From NCBI GenBank assembly GCA_902783015.1, contig CACZPL010000027.1, forward strand, positions 1 through 38,679: 38,679 bases of DNA, written 5' to 3'. This document shows positions 7,920 to 16,778 of the stretch, in pieces. How positions within the stretch are numbered: position 1 is the first letter of the stretch; each line of letters opens with the position of its first letter. A model generated the notes under the pieces. The model was not told the DNA's origin. It worked only from the letters and a program-made list of their open reading frames with translations, and made no database searches. The position numbers and the translations under genes were made by a program. Origin of the DNA: an uncultured Lachnospiraceae bacterium (lineage in GTDB: Bacteria > Bacillota > Clostridia > Lachnospirales > Lachnospiraceae).

Positions 7920-10900
7920 GTTCCGCACCTCCCTCGGAGGCTGTTTCCTCCACCTGCTGCTTCTCCTCCTCTTGCTTACCTTCCCACTGCGGCTTCAGGA
8001 TCGGATCAACCTTTCCCTCGTCCACAAGGCGGAGCATGATCTCCGCGATCTGCGGATCGAACTGAGTTCCGCTGCAGCGTTTCAATTCACTCGTCACAAA
8101 ATCCATGTCCAGCTTCTTCCTGTACACACGGTTCTGTGTCATGGCATCGAAGGCATCCGCCACACCGATGATACGGCCGTAGATCGGGATCTCTTCGCCG
8201 GCAAGGCCGTTTGCATAGCCCTTGCCGTCATAGCGCTCATGATGATAGAGCGCGCCCTCAACCACGTGATCGATCAGGGTAAAGTCCTTCAGGATCTCGG
8301 CCCCGCGCAGCACGTGGGACTTCATGATCGTGTATTCTTCATCAGTCAGCTTTGCGGGTTTATTCAGGATCCGGTCGGGGATACTGATCTTACCGATATC
8401 GTGGAGCAGCGCGGCCTTTCTCAGGTTTTCGCACTCATCCTCCGTAAAGCCCATCTCTCTTGCAAGAAGTGCCGCGTACTCGGACACGCGCCTGGAGTGC
8501 TGACTTGTATTTTCATCCTTGGCATCCACGGTCTTCGCGATGGCGAGAATGGTCTCATTTCCCATCTGTACCTGCTGCCTTGCGAGTGCAAGCTCACGCG
8601 CCTGGAGCTTTAAGGTCCGCTGCACCTGCGTTCTTGCGATAAACCAGGTGAGCCATGCCACAAAACCGCCGGCGATCAGAAGCATATACAGATAGAAAGA
8701 CCAGTGATCGTAGACCTCCATCTCTTTTTCTATGGCATAGGTACTTTCCTCGAGCACCTGACCGTCCGAGTTTAACACCGCGATCTCAAAGGTATAGGTT
8801 CCCGATGGAAGCTTTGTATAGGTCACGGTATCAAGATCATCCGCCCGCAAATACATGGGGGACTGATCATAGCCCACGAGCTGATAGCGCACCATGGGAT
8901 TTTCCACCGTATAATTGATGATCTCGGGGAACATCTCGAGCTTTGTTGCATCACGTCCGAGCAAAATGGTATTGCCGCGCTCCACGCGCTGGTATTCCTG
9001 ATCGATCCGCACACGCTTTAAGCTCATGCGGTAGGACTTCTGCATGGAGGAATAGTTATTCGTGTTTAAGGAATAAACCCCGGAATCCGTCGCGATGTAG
9101 AGCATCTCGTTTTCATCCATATAATTCCAGGAATTCGCCGTGATACCGGAGGTCAGTCCGCGGGTGGAATCCAAAAGCTCCGTCCGGAGTGAGTTTCCGA
9201 CCTCCGACAGAAGCTCCTCCTCATTTGTCACATACACACCTGCGGATGAGAGCACAAAGGTATCGCCCTCCTGTGTGGTGTACACGTCAAAGTTGTTGAA
9301 GTACGGAAACTTGTCAAGCGATCTTGTATTATACTCTTTGTCCATATAGAAGAGGCCGTTACTTGCAACGATGTAATATCCGCTCTTGTCGTAGGTCGGC
9401 GTTATACGCAACACGACACCGGAATCAAGACCTTCCGCGGCACCGATCGTCTTGGAAGGCACACCGTTTTCTATGACGCCGACTCCGTCTCCGTCGCTTC
9501 CGGCAAGGACGACGCCCGGTTCCGTCTCATACAGGCAAAGGACCATGGCGCTCAAGAACTCCTCGCCGTAGGTGATCATATTGACCATCTTATCATTCTG
9601 AAAATAGGCGACACCCAGATCGCCGGCAGCCACAACGGTGCCGTCCCGAAGCTCAATGGTGCAGCGCACCCAGTCGGAAAAGCCGGTATCCTCACGGTTG
9701 AAGGTTACAAGCTTCCCTTTGGTATCCGCCTTAAAAAGGCCCTCCCCGTAAGTGGAGATCCAGAGATTGTCCTTACTGTCGGTCATCAGGCAGCGAATGC
9801 GGACGCCGTCAAACCGTTCCGTCAGTTCGTTTGATACCTCGCGGCTTTCCTCCTCATCGATGACACAGAGTCCCTTATCCATACCGACATACAGCTTTCC
9901 CTGCCAGCGGATCACGGTGTTGGCCAGATTCTTTGTGATGCCGGCGGAGCTGTACATATCTTCGAAGGCACTCTTAGACAAGCGAAGGAGTCCGAGTCTC
10001 GAGGACGTAAACCAGAGATTTCCCTGATAGTCCACGATCATATTGTCGATGGAGTTGTCAAAGCCGTTTAAGTGGAGCATTTCGGGCTTATTTCCTTCCC
10101 GGATGCAGTACACGCCGTTTTCGGCACAGACATAGATCAGATCATCCTCAGTGACAATCACGTTGTTAATCAGATTGACCCCATTGCAGGTAACACGTTC
10201 CGTCTCCTTTAAACCGGCCTCCGAGAGTTCATACTTGATCACCTGACCGGACGAGTTTCCTACGATCAGCTTGCCGTCGTTATCAAATTCACAGCAGGTA
10301 TAGATGGTACCGTTTTCGGAAAGCTCCTTCTGAAGCACGATCTTTCGATCCTTTAATATAAACAGCTGCCCGGTGGATGTCACCGCGGCAATATAGCCGG
10401 TTTCATCCGCCGCGATGGAATGCGCATACAGGATGCCGGAAAGCTGATCACACATCTGCAATCCGGAATTCAGGCTCACCACCTGCAGAGCATCGGCAGT
10501 ACCGATGTAATAATAACCGTCCGCGCCCTGCACGATGCTTCGCACGGAATTTGACGGCAGACCGTTGTCCATGTCGACAACATTGGCAATCTCCTCGTGA
10601 ATGGCAATGGAAAGGCCGTTGTCGTTTGTTCCGATCCACAGTCTTCCCTCATTGTCCCTGTAAAGGCAGTTCACGTTTTTTACGGAATCGTATTCCGTCA
10701 TCAGGCGGAATTCCCTGCCGTTGTAGCGGTACAGACCGGCGTAGGTTCCGATCCAGAGCACACCGTCGCTCGTCTCAACGATATCGTTGGACTTTCCGCA
10801 GGGAAGACCGTTCTCGCTGTTGTAGATCGTCTGCACATAGGAATAAAAATCAAGATCATCGGAATCATCCTGCTCCTTCGCATGCACGGAAAGAGGAAGC

Positions 10901-11499
10901 GCCAGGGATGCCATGAGGGCAAGCGCCAAAAGAAGCGCGACGGGTTCCTTTTTCTTCAGCTTCATCCTGTGCTTTTTTATCTTGATACACATATACAGGA
11001 AGGCCAGCGTGAGCACCTTATCGGGGAAGTCGATATAAGCTTCTCCGATGACGCAGGCGATCACCTTGATGAAGCGGTGCTCGATCAGATAATCGATCAC
11101 ACCGTCGCCGAACAGGTTTCCGGTCATTCCGTCATAAAGGATCATATTGATGGGAACGGAAGCGGCTACCGTGACAAAGGTGACCAGGGTGCAGACACTC
11201 ATCACACGGAAAAAGCTCTCGAAGCCTCCGCGCCGAGCCATGATACCGACGATCACGCCGATCAGGATATTCACTATGGCATAAACCTGGGAACCGCTTG
11301 CAAAGAGTTCATAGATCAGGTTACCGCAGGCGCCGACACAGGCCCCGGAAAACGGGCCGAACATATAGGCCGCAAAGGCCGTTCCGAAGGAATCCAGCCA
11401 GAGCGGGAGCGTAAGCTCCACCGCAATAAACTTGCCGAACACATTTGCCAAAACGGCAAAAAGAACAACACCGATAATTTGGATATTTTTAAGCTTCAT
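7906..11499 (-). CDS. Membrane sensor: ECF S-component-like domain + beta-propeller/Y_Y_Y + HD-GYP phosphodiesterase
   Basis: N-terminal PLWLDSFGT...GPFSG; propeller repeats (DGVLWIGTYAGLYRYNG, GRLWIGTNDNGL); YTKLPSGTYTF; TM helix; HSRRVS, LLHDIGKI, HHERYDGKGY, VADAFDAM. GAGG RBS before ATG 11499. Confidence 0.88.
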   Translation of the reverse strand: MKLKNIQIIGVVLFAVLANVFGKFIAVELTLPLWLDSFGTAFAAYMFGPFSGACVGACGNLIYELFASGSQVYAIVNILIGVIVGIMARRGGFESFFRVMSVCTLVTFVTVAASVPINMILYDGMTGNLFGDGVIDYLIEHRFIKVIACVIGEAYIDFPDKVLTLAFLYMCIKIKKHRMKLKKKEPVALLLALALMASLALPLSVHAKEQDDSDDLDFYSYVQTIYNSENGLPCGKSNDIVETSDGVLWIGTYAGLYRYNGREFRLMTEYDSVKNVNCLYRDNEGRLWIGTNDNGLSIAIHEEIANVVDMDNGLPSNSVRSIVQGADGYYYIGTADALQVVSLNSGLQMCDQLSGILYAHSIAADETGYIAAVTSTGQLFILKDRKIVLQKELSENGTIYTCCEFDNDGKLIVGNSSGQVIKYELSEAGLKETERVTCNGVNLINNVIVTEDDLIYVCAENGVYCIREGNKPEMLHLNGFDNSIDNMIVDYQGNLWFTSSRLGLLRLSKSAFEDMYSSAGITKNLANTVIRWQGKLYVGMDKGLCVIDEEESREVSNELTERFDGVRIRCLMTDSKDNLWISTYGEGLFKADTKGKLVTFNREDTGFSDWVRCTIELRDGTVVAAGDLGVAYFQNDKMVNMITYGEEFLSAMVLCLYETEPGVVLAGSDGDGVGVIENGVPSKTIGAAEGLDSGVVLRITPTYDKSGYYIVASNGLFYMDKEYNTRSLDKFPYFNNFDVYTTQEGDTFVLSSAGVYVTNEEELLSEVGNSLRTELLDSTRGLTSGITANSWNYMDENEMLYIATDSGVYSLNTNNYSSMQKSYRMSLKRVRIDQEYQRVERGNTILLGRDATKLEMFPEIINYTVENPMVRYQLVGYDQSPMYLRADDLDTVTYTKLPSGTYTFEIAVLNSDGQVLEESTYAIEKEMEVYDHWSFYLYMLLIAGGFVAWLTWFIARTQVQRTLKLQARELALARQQVQMGNETILAIAKTVDAKDENTSQHSRRVSEYAALLAREMGFTEDECENLRKAALLHDIGKISIPDRILNKPAKLTDEEYTIMKSHVLRGAEILKDFTLIDHVVEGALYHHERYDGKGYANGLAGEEIPIYGRIIGVADAFDAMTQNRVYRKKLDMDFVTSELKRCSGTQFDPQIAEIMLRLVDEGKVDPILKPQWEGKQEEEKQQVEETASEGGAEHEEN

Positions 11500-11546
11500 A
11501 GAATACCTCTTACCTACGAAAAACTCACATGAACGCATACACGGTC

Positions 11547-11575
11547 ATTGTACAAAAAAAGGGGCGGAGTGTCAA
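11547..11575 (-). promoter_or_regulatory. Sigma-A promoter of the HD-GYP/BMP operon
   Basis: TTGACA (11575-11570), 17-nt spacer, TACAAT (11552-11547). Confidence 0.72.
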
Positions 11576-11593
11576 GAATCTCGTCACTCCGCC
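11554..11593 (-). terminator. Intrinsic terminator after the corC-like gene
   Basis: GGCGGAGTG/CACTCCGCC stem followed by CCTTTTTTT on the minus strand; overlaps the next -35 box. Confidence 0.65.
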
Positions 11594-12855
11594 GCTTCTT
11601 CCTGTTCGGTTTTTTCTATCTTCACGAGCACACGCTCGATCCTGTTTTTTGCAACCTTCATCACGCGAAAATGCAGGTTCTCGTAATCGGTCTCCTCGCC
11701 TTCTCCGGGAAGCTTGTCCATGCGCTCGATCACGAAGCCTGCCAGGGAGTCGTAATTGTCCGAGGATAAGCTCGTGGAAAGCGCATCGTTTAAGTCATCC
11801 AGACGGATGGACGCGTCGATGTCGTAGGTGTCGTCATCCACACGGATGATGTATTTCTCCTCATCCGCGTCGTACTCGTCACGGATCTCGCCCACGATCT
11901 CCTCGATCAGATCCTCCATCGTGATGATACCGGTGGTCACGCCGTACTCGTCCAGGACAACCGCCATGGACACCGAAGAGGTCTTCATATCGGAGAAGAT
12001 CTGCGCCGTTCGCTGATACTCGTATACGAAGAGCGGCTTGCGCATCAGCCGTTTCATGTTGAACTGCTCGGCGCCCTTTTTCTCACTGAAGAAAAACAGA
12101 TCCTTCATGTAGAGGATGCCGATGATATTGTCCCTGGATTCCTCGTAGATCGGGATTCTCGAAAAGGTCTCCTTGATAAACAGCTCCACCATTTCATCGT
12201 AAGTGGAATTTACATCCGCGCAGACCACATCCGCCCGCGGGATCATGATATCCTTGGAGAGCGCATCCCCGAAATCCACCACGTTGGAGATCATGAAGCG
12301 TTCCTCCGGCTCGATCACGCCCTCCTCATGGCTCACATCCACAATGGTGCGAAGCTCGGATTCCGTGATGACATCCTCATTATAGCCCTGCGGGATACGC
12401 AAAAGCTTGAAGATGAGGCCCGTAATGATATCGAGCAAAAAGATGACCGGGGTCAGGATCACCATGAGCACGGAGATCGGATAGACAAACACCTTGCTCA
12501 TGCCCACGGAGTGACAGCTGGCCATGGTCTTCGGTATGATCTCGCCGAAAACCAGGACCAAAAAGGTCAGGATACCCGTGGCAAATCCCAGGTACTTGTT
12601 GCCGAAGGCTTCCGTACACAGTGTGGTCGTCAGTGCCGATGCGGTCAGATTGACGATATTGTTCCCGATCAAAATGGTGGAGAGCAGTTTGCTCTTATTC
12701 TCCGTGCATTTGATCACCTTTGCGGCGCTCTTGCTCCCGCGCTCCGCAAGCGAGCGGAGCTTGATCTGACTCACCGTGGTGAGCGCTGTCTCGGCAGATG
12801 AAAAAAAAGCCGACAGGATGAGCAGTAAAATAACAATGACCAGTTTTACGACCAT
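11584..12855 (-). CDS. HlyC/CorC (CNNM/DUF21-CBS-CorC) family transporter
   Basis: LSAFFSSAETAL, VFGEIIPK, FSRIPIY, VLDEYG...TMEDLIEEIVGEIRDEYD. Confidence 0.93.
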   Translation of the reverse strand: MVVKLVIVILLLILSAFFSSAETALTTVSQIKLRSLAERGSKSAAKVIKCTENKSKLLSTILIGNNIVNLTASALTTTLCTEAFGNKYLGFATGILTFLVLVFGEIIPKTMASCHSVGMSKVFVYPISVLMVILTPVIFLLDIITGLIFKLLRIPQGYNEDVITESELRTIVDVSHEEGVIEPEERFMISNVVDFGDALSKDIMIPRADVVCADVNSTYDEMVELFIKETFSRIPIYEESRDNIIGILYMKDLFFFSEKKGAEQFNMKRLMRKPLFVYEYQRTAQIFSDMKTSSVSMAVVLDEYGVTTGIITMEDLIEEIVGEIRDEYDADEEKYIIRVDDDTYDIDASIRLDDLNDALSTSLSSDNYDSLAGFVIERMDKLPGEGEETDYENLHFRVMKVAKNRIERVLVKIEKTEQEEAAE

Positions 12856-12861
12856 ACGCTT

Positions 12862-13581
12862 CTACTCCTTCTTCTGCGGCTTCCCCGTTCTTACGGGCTT
12901 CTGCTTTTCCTTTGGTTTTGCGGTTTTTGCCTTCGCGGCCTTTGCCCTGGCTGCCTTTTCCTCGGCCGCCTTCTTCTCCTCCGCCGCGCGGCTTCTCTCC
13001 GCCTGCATGGAATCGATGATATGCTCCATCACCTTTCGTTTCATGAAGACATCATATCCGAGCAGGCACAGGAAAATAAAGTTTTTTAAATATTCATCCT
13101 CCTCGCCTTCGCCCTCCACCTTCTTCTCGGAAAGCGCGAGTGTCTTCAGGATACTGTCCTCTGTATCAAAATACTGGCGTTTTTCCAGCTCATACATGTT
13201 CTTATATAACTCCGTGAGAGCGTTATCATCCTTGCCCTTCACGGCATAATCCTCCACCAGAGGACTCAAGACCGTACGGATATCGCTGATCGAGATCACA
13301 TTCTTCATGTAATAGATCAGGATGAGCAGCACAATGTGATCGCTGTTGTAGCGCTTATTCTCGGTGGGCGGAAGCAATGCATTCTTTGTGTAGTTGTTCA
13401 CCATGGTCTTGGTGAGCGTCTTGTCGTCTTCCCCGCGCTTGTAGCCCGAGAGATAATTATCCATGAAGCGGATCACCTGCTCCACGTAAAGATCGATGCT
13501 CGGAATCTCTTCCGGACGGATATAGCCCTGACGGATCCATTTGCGGATCTGTTTTTTCAATTCTTCTTTTTCGATTTTCAT
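12862..13581 (-). CDS. DUF1836 domain protein (putative DNA-binding regulator)
   Basis: IPSIDLYVEQVI, LTKTMVNNYTK, RYNSDHI motifs; Lys/Ala-rich tail. Confidence 0.85.
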   Translation of the reverse strand: MKIEKEELKKQIRKWIRQGYIRPEEIPSIDLYVEQVIRFMDNYLSGYKRGEDDKTLTKTMVNNYTKNALLPPTENKRYNSDHIVLLILIYYMKNVISISDIRTVLSPLVEDYAVKGKDDNALTELYKNMYELEKRQYFDTEDSILKTLALSEKKVEGEGEEDEYLKNFIFLCLLGYDVFMKRKVMEHIIDSMQAERSRAAEEKKAAEEKAARAKAAKAKTAKPKEKQKPVRTGKPQKKE

Positions 13582-13600
13582 GGCATCTCACCTCACGCAT

Positions 13601-13629
13601 AGTATATAGTATCGAATACTATTTGTAAA
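13601..13629 (-). promoter_or_regulatory. Sigma-A promoter with a palindrome in the spacer
   Basis: TTTACA-17-TATACT; ATAGTAT-CGA-ATACTAT palindrome at 13606-13622. Confidence 0.62.
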
Positions 13630-13632
13630 GGT

Positions 13633-13666
13633 AAAGAAAGCCACAGCTTAAGCTGCGGCTTTCTTT
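13633..13666 (-). terminator. Intrinsic terminator, possibly bidirectional
   Basis: AAAGAAAGCC(A)CAGCTT/AAGCTG(C)GGCTTTCTTT inverted repeat directly after the stop codon at 13667. Confidence 0.75.
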
Positions 13667-14821
13667 CTATGCCGTTTTCACAAAATCCGTCTGCTGGAGT
13701 CCTCCCGCAAGTCCGTCCTCGGTCAGATACATGCCGCTCCGCCGCACCTGCGCCTTCAGACTGTTATCTGTCTTTGACTTGTGCGAAAAGTCCGTGCGCA
13801 GGCTGTCAAGCAGGATGGCACCCACCTTGGCCTCCCGAAGCGACATCAGCCGGTCTGCACCGGAAACATCCTTCACCCACACGGAGAGCAAGTCGTAAGC
13901 CTCATCCGCTTCATCGATCCAGCCGTTGCCGTCCGAGTCAAGCTCCGCAAGCTCATAAAACCCGTTGCCCGTTCTTGCTCCGAAGAGTTCGCTCCCGTCA
14001 TTGATGATGCCGTCGCCGTTTTTATCATAGGCAAGGAAGCCCGCACCCTGCGCAAGCTCCGAGATATTATCTTTGATGCCGTCCGCATCGATGTCAAAGC
14101 TCCAGGTTGTGTCGGACAGTGCTGGCGGAAGACCGTCCAAGCTGATCACGATGGGATCCGTCATCAGCACCTCCACGCCCTCGAGCAAGGTCTCCGTTCT
14201 CTGTGTGAACTCCCGGGAGAGGTTCATGGTGAGATCAAAATCGATGGTCCTGCCGTCAGCCGTCTTTACCTGTCCTGTGGTCGCAAAGGTCAGCTGCTCC
14301 TCCTCATGATATTCATAGATCGAGTGTTCCACTCTGTGCCACACGTTTGTGCGCGCACCGCCTCCTGCCGCGCGGAGATCATAGATCGCCTCCTGCGCAA
14401 AGGGATCCGGCCTGGTCTGCATACCGATAAAACCGTTCATGGGATCATAATCGCCGTAGCCGAGCAGCGGATTCTGATACCCGTAGAGTCCGTAGGATGT
14501 CCGAAAGGTTCCGAGCTTGCCGAAGATCCGCTCCCGGATGCTCATGATATACTCCCGCAGGCGGTGCATGAATTCACGTGCCTGCGCAAACTGATCCTGC
14601 GCAGTGGCCGGACGTCCGCCCCACACCTCCTGCGTATGATCGGAAGCCTCCGCATTTTTGCTCGCGGCATACCGCTCGTCATAGGTTGCCTCGAAGCTTT
14701 CGGAATAGTAACGCACATTTCCCGTGCGCGCGTTTGTAAAGGTCTGTTCGTTTTTGCGCGCCAGCCGCTCGCTGCGCGCGGAATTTGCACTCAAATTGGT
14801 GTTGGACGTATTGATGATCAT
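13667..14821 (-). CDS. Protein with a C-terminal FrpC-like Ca2+-dependent self-processing module (Asp-Pro)
   Basis: TD|PIVISLDG, FDIDADG, GFLAYDKNGDGIINDGSELFG, LAELDSDGNGWIDEADEAYDLLSVW; AAGGAGG RBS before ATG 14821. Confidence 0.75.
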   Translation of the reverse strand: MIINTSNTNLSANSARSERLARKNEQTFTNARTGNVRYYSESFEATYDERYAASKNAEASDHTQEVWGGRPATAQDQFAQAREFMHRLREYIMSIRERIFGKLGTFRTSYGLYGYQNPLLGYGDYDPMNGFIGMQTRPDPFAQEAIYDLRAAGGGARTNVWHRVEHSIYEYHEEEQLTFATTGQVKTADGRTIDFDLTMNLSREFTQRTETLLEGVEVLMTDPIVISLDGLPPALSDTTWSFDIDADGIKDNISELAQGAGFLAYDKNGDGIINDGSELFGARTGNGFYELAELDSDGNGWIDEADEAYDLLSVWVKDVSGADRLMSLREAKVGAILLDSLRTDFSHKSKTDNSLKAQVRRSGMYLTEDGLAGGLQQTDFVKTA

Positions 14822-14938
14822 AAAGTCCCTCCTTTTGTTTCCTGCGTTTTTGCACAAAAAAGGAATCAGTCTACTCATTTCGGGTGACTATCAATACGTT
14901 TTTGCATATGCATGAATACGTCCTTGTATCTAACATAA

Positions 14939-14966
14939 ATATCGGGCAGATTTCTTTGTTTCATTA
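14939..14966 (-). promoter_or_regulatory. Putative sigma-28 (SigD/FliA) promoter
   Basis: TAAT-16-CCCGATAT against consensus TAAA-N15/16-GCCGATAT. Confidence 0.5.
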
Positions 14967-14985
14967 CCAAAGAAACCTGCCCGAT
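14941..14985. terminator. 18-bp-arm hairpin after yerC, probable terminator
   Basis: ATCGGGCAGATTTCTTTG / CAAAGAAACCTGCCCGAT with one mismatch. Confidence 0.6.
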
Positions 14986-14995
14986 TTTTCACATC

Positions 14996-15280
14996 CTATT
15001 TCATTCGTTTTAAGACCATATCGTAGGAGTCGTTTCCGTAGTTCAGCGACCGGTTCACCCTGCTGATCGTTGCCGTGGAAGCCCCGGTTTCCTGTGCCAC
15101 CTCAAGATAGGTGTGGTTTTCCTTGAGCATCCTTGCAACGGCAAAGCGCTGCGATATGGAGAGCACTTCGTTTACCGTACAGACGTCTTCAAAAAACTTG
15201 TAGCACTCCTCTGTATTTTCCAGCGTCAGAATGGCCTTGAAAAAGTCCTCCACCGCCGGTGTGTTCAGTGTCTTTCCCAT
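14996..15280 (-). CDS. yerC: YerC/YecD TrpR-like protein
   Basis: ECYKFFEDVCTVNE..SISQR..VA.ML, TGASTATISRVNRSL.YG. Confidence 0.9.
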   Translation of the reverse strand: MGKTLNTPAVEDFFKAILTLENTEECYKFFEDVCTVNEVLSISQRFAVARMLKENHTYLEVAQETGASTATISRVNRSLNYGNDSYDMVLKRMK

Positions 15281-15295
15281 GGTATCCCCGCCTTT

Positions 15296-16753
15296 TTATT
15301 CTCTGTTCTCCTTGTGCACCCAGACTGCCACGGCATCGCGGTTCACATAGAAGTCTCCGTAGCCCCATTCATCGATCTTGATATTGTACTTCGCATTCCC
15401 CATGATATCAGAAAAATGGCAGCCCGCAAACTGCTTCCCGATATACATATGCTTGGTCCCGCCGGTTCCGTCGGAGATCATGACCGCAAGTCCCGAATCG
15501 GGATGCTCCTCATCACCCTCTCGGGTCCAGCCGATACAGTTCGGATCGTCGAAATAATCGTGCTGCTCTCCGTAAGCATACTCCGCACGCAGCTTCAAAA
15601 GCTTGTCTAAATCCTTCTTCTTGGACTTCACCTTCGATGCCGGGATTCCCTTATAATCACCGTAGAATACACAGGGATAGCCCTCACGGCGAAGCAGGAT
15701 GATCGCGTAAGCCATGGGCTTAAACCAATCCTCCACCCAGGACTCTAAGGACTGTCCGGGCTGGCTGTCGTGGTTATCCACAAAGGTCACGGATTTCAGC
15801 GGTGCGATCTGTGTCAGGGTTCCGTCCAGGATCTTCGTCAGATCATAGCTTCCGTGTGCCTTGGAGCAATTGTGGAAATTAAAGTGCAACGGCACATCGA
15901 ACAGGCTGATCTCCGCATCGGTGGCACGGATATAATCCATCAGGAGATTCACATCCCAGTGCCAATACTCTCCCACCGCGAAGAGATCCTTGTCGCTAAC
16001 CTCCCGCATGGCCTTCATCCAGTCACGGAAGAAATATTTATTGATATGCTTTACGGCATCCAGGCGGTAGCCGTCCAGGTCGCAGAACTCTGTGTACCAC
16101 TTGCCCCAGCGGGTCAGCTCCTCCCGTACCTCCTGATTGTCAAAATCTATATCGGCACCCATCAGGTAATCGTAATTGTCGAGGTCCTTGTCAACATCCT
16201 TGTCCCACTCCTTGCCCTCAAAAGCAAAGATGGACTTCTTCGCGCGATCCTGATCCCAGTCGATACCGTCGAAATGATTCCAGTTCCAGGTGAAATCGGA
16301 ATACTTTCCCTTTCTGCCCGGGAAGGTGAATTTTGTCCAAGCGCCGATGGTCTTGGAATCGCTCACCATCTGACTTCTGGAGTTCTCGTTAAACTCCTCG
16401 GCAGTCACCTGCTCCACCTTGTCGGCACCCATCTTGTGGTTGAACACCACATCCGCATACACATTGATCCCCTTTGCGTGCAGCGCCTTGATGGCAGCCA
16501 GATACTCCGCCTTGGTTCCGTACTTGGTGGCAACGGTCCCCTTCTGCTTGAATTCCCCCAGATCGTAGAGGTCATACACACCGTAACCCACATCTTCCAC
16601 GCCGGCGGCACCCTTGTACGCGGGCGGAAGCCAAAGTGCGGTGATCCCGAGATTTTTCAGCTTCGCAGCATCAGTCTTCAATGTTTTCCAAAGGGTGGAA
16701 TCCGCAGGGAGCTCCCACTCGAAATATTGCATCATCGTACCGTTTAAACTCAT
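15296..16753 (-). CDS. Cytoplasmic alpha-amylase (GH13_5-like)
   Basis: NGTMMQYFEW, DVVFNH, GYRLDAVKH, VGEYW, FVDNHD; no signal peptide. Confidence 0.95.
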   Translation of the reverse strand: MSLNGTMMQYFEWELPADSTLWKTLKTDAAKLKNLGITALWLPPAYKGAAGVEDVGYGVYDLYDLGEFKQKGTVATKYGTKAEYLAAIKALHAKGINVYADVVFNHKMGADKVEQVTAEEFNENSRSQMVSDSKTIGAWTKFTFPGRKGKYSDFTWNWNHFDGIDWDQDRAKKSIFAFEGKEWDKDVDKDLDNYDYLMGADIDFDNQEVREELTRWGKWYTEFCDLDGYRLDAVKHINKYFFRDWMKAMREVSDKDLFAVGEYWHWDVNLLMDYIRATDAEISLFDVPLHFNFHNCSKAHGSYDLTKILDGTLTQIAPLKSVTFVDNHDSQPGQSLESWVEDWFKPMAYAIILLRREGYPCVFYGDYKGIPASKVKSKKKDLDKLLKLRAEYAYGEQHDYFDDPNCIGWTREGDEEHPDSGLAVMISDGTGGTKHMYIGKQFAGCHFSDIMGNAKYNIKIDEWGYGDFYVNRDAVAVWVHKENRE

Positions 16754-16778
16754 GACACAAACCTCCGTTTTAATAATA

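Noticed and set aside
12862-13010. Lys/Ala-rich repeats at the DUF1836 C-terminus
   Set aside because: Ordinary low-complexity tail with no exact DNA repeat.
14822-14940. c-di-GMP riboswitch in the leader of the self-processing protein
   Set aside because: No GG-CAAA...GNRA/receptor architecture could be folded by eye; CsrA-type GGA motifs explain the leader better. An Rfam cmscan would settle it.
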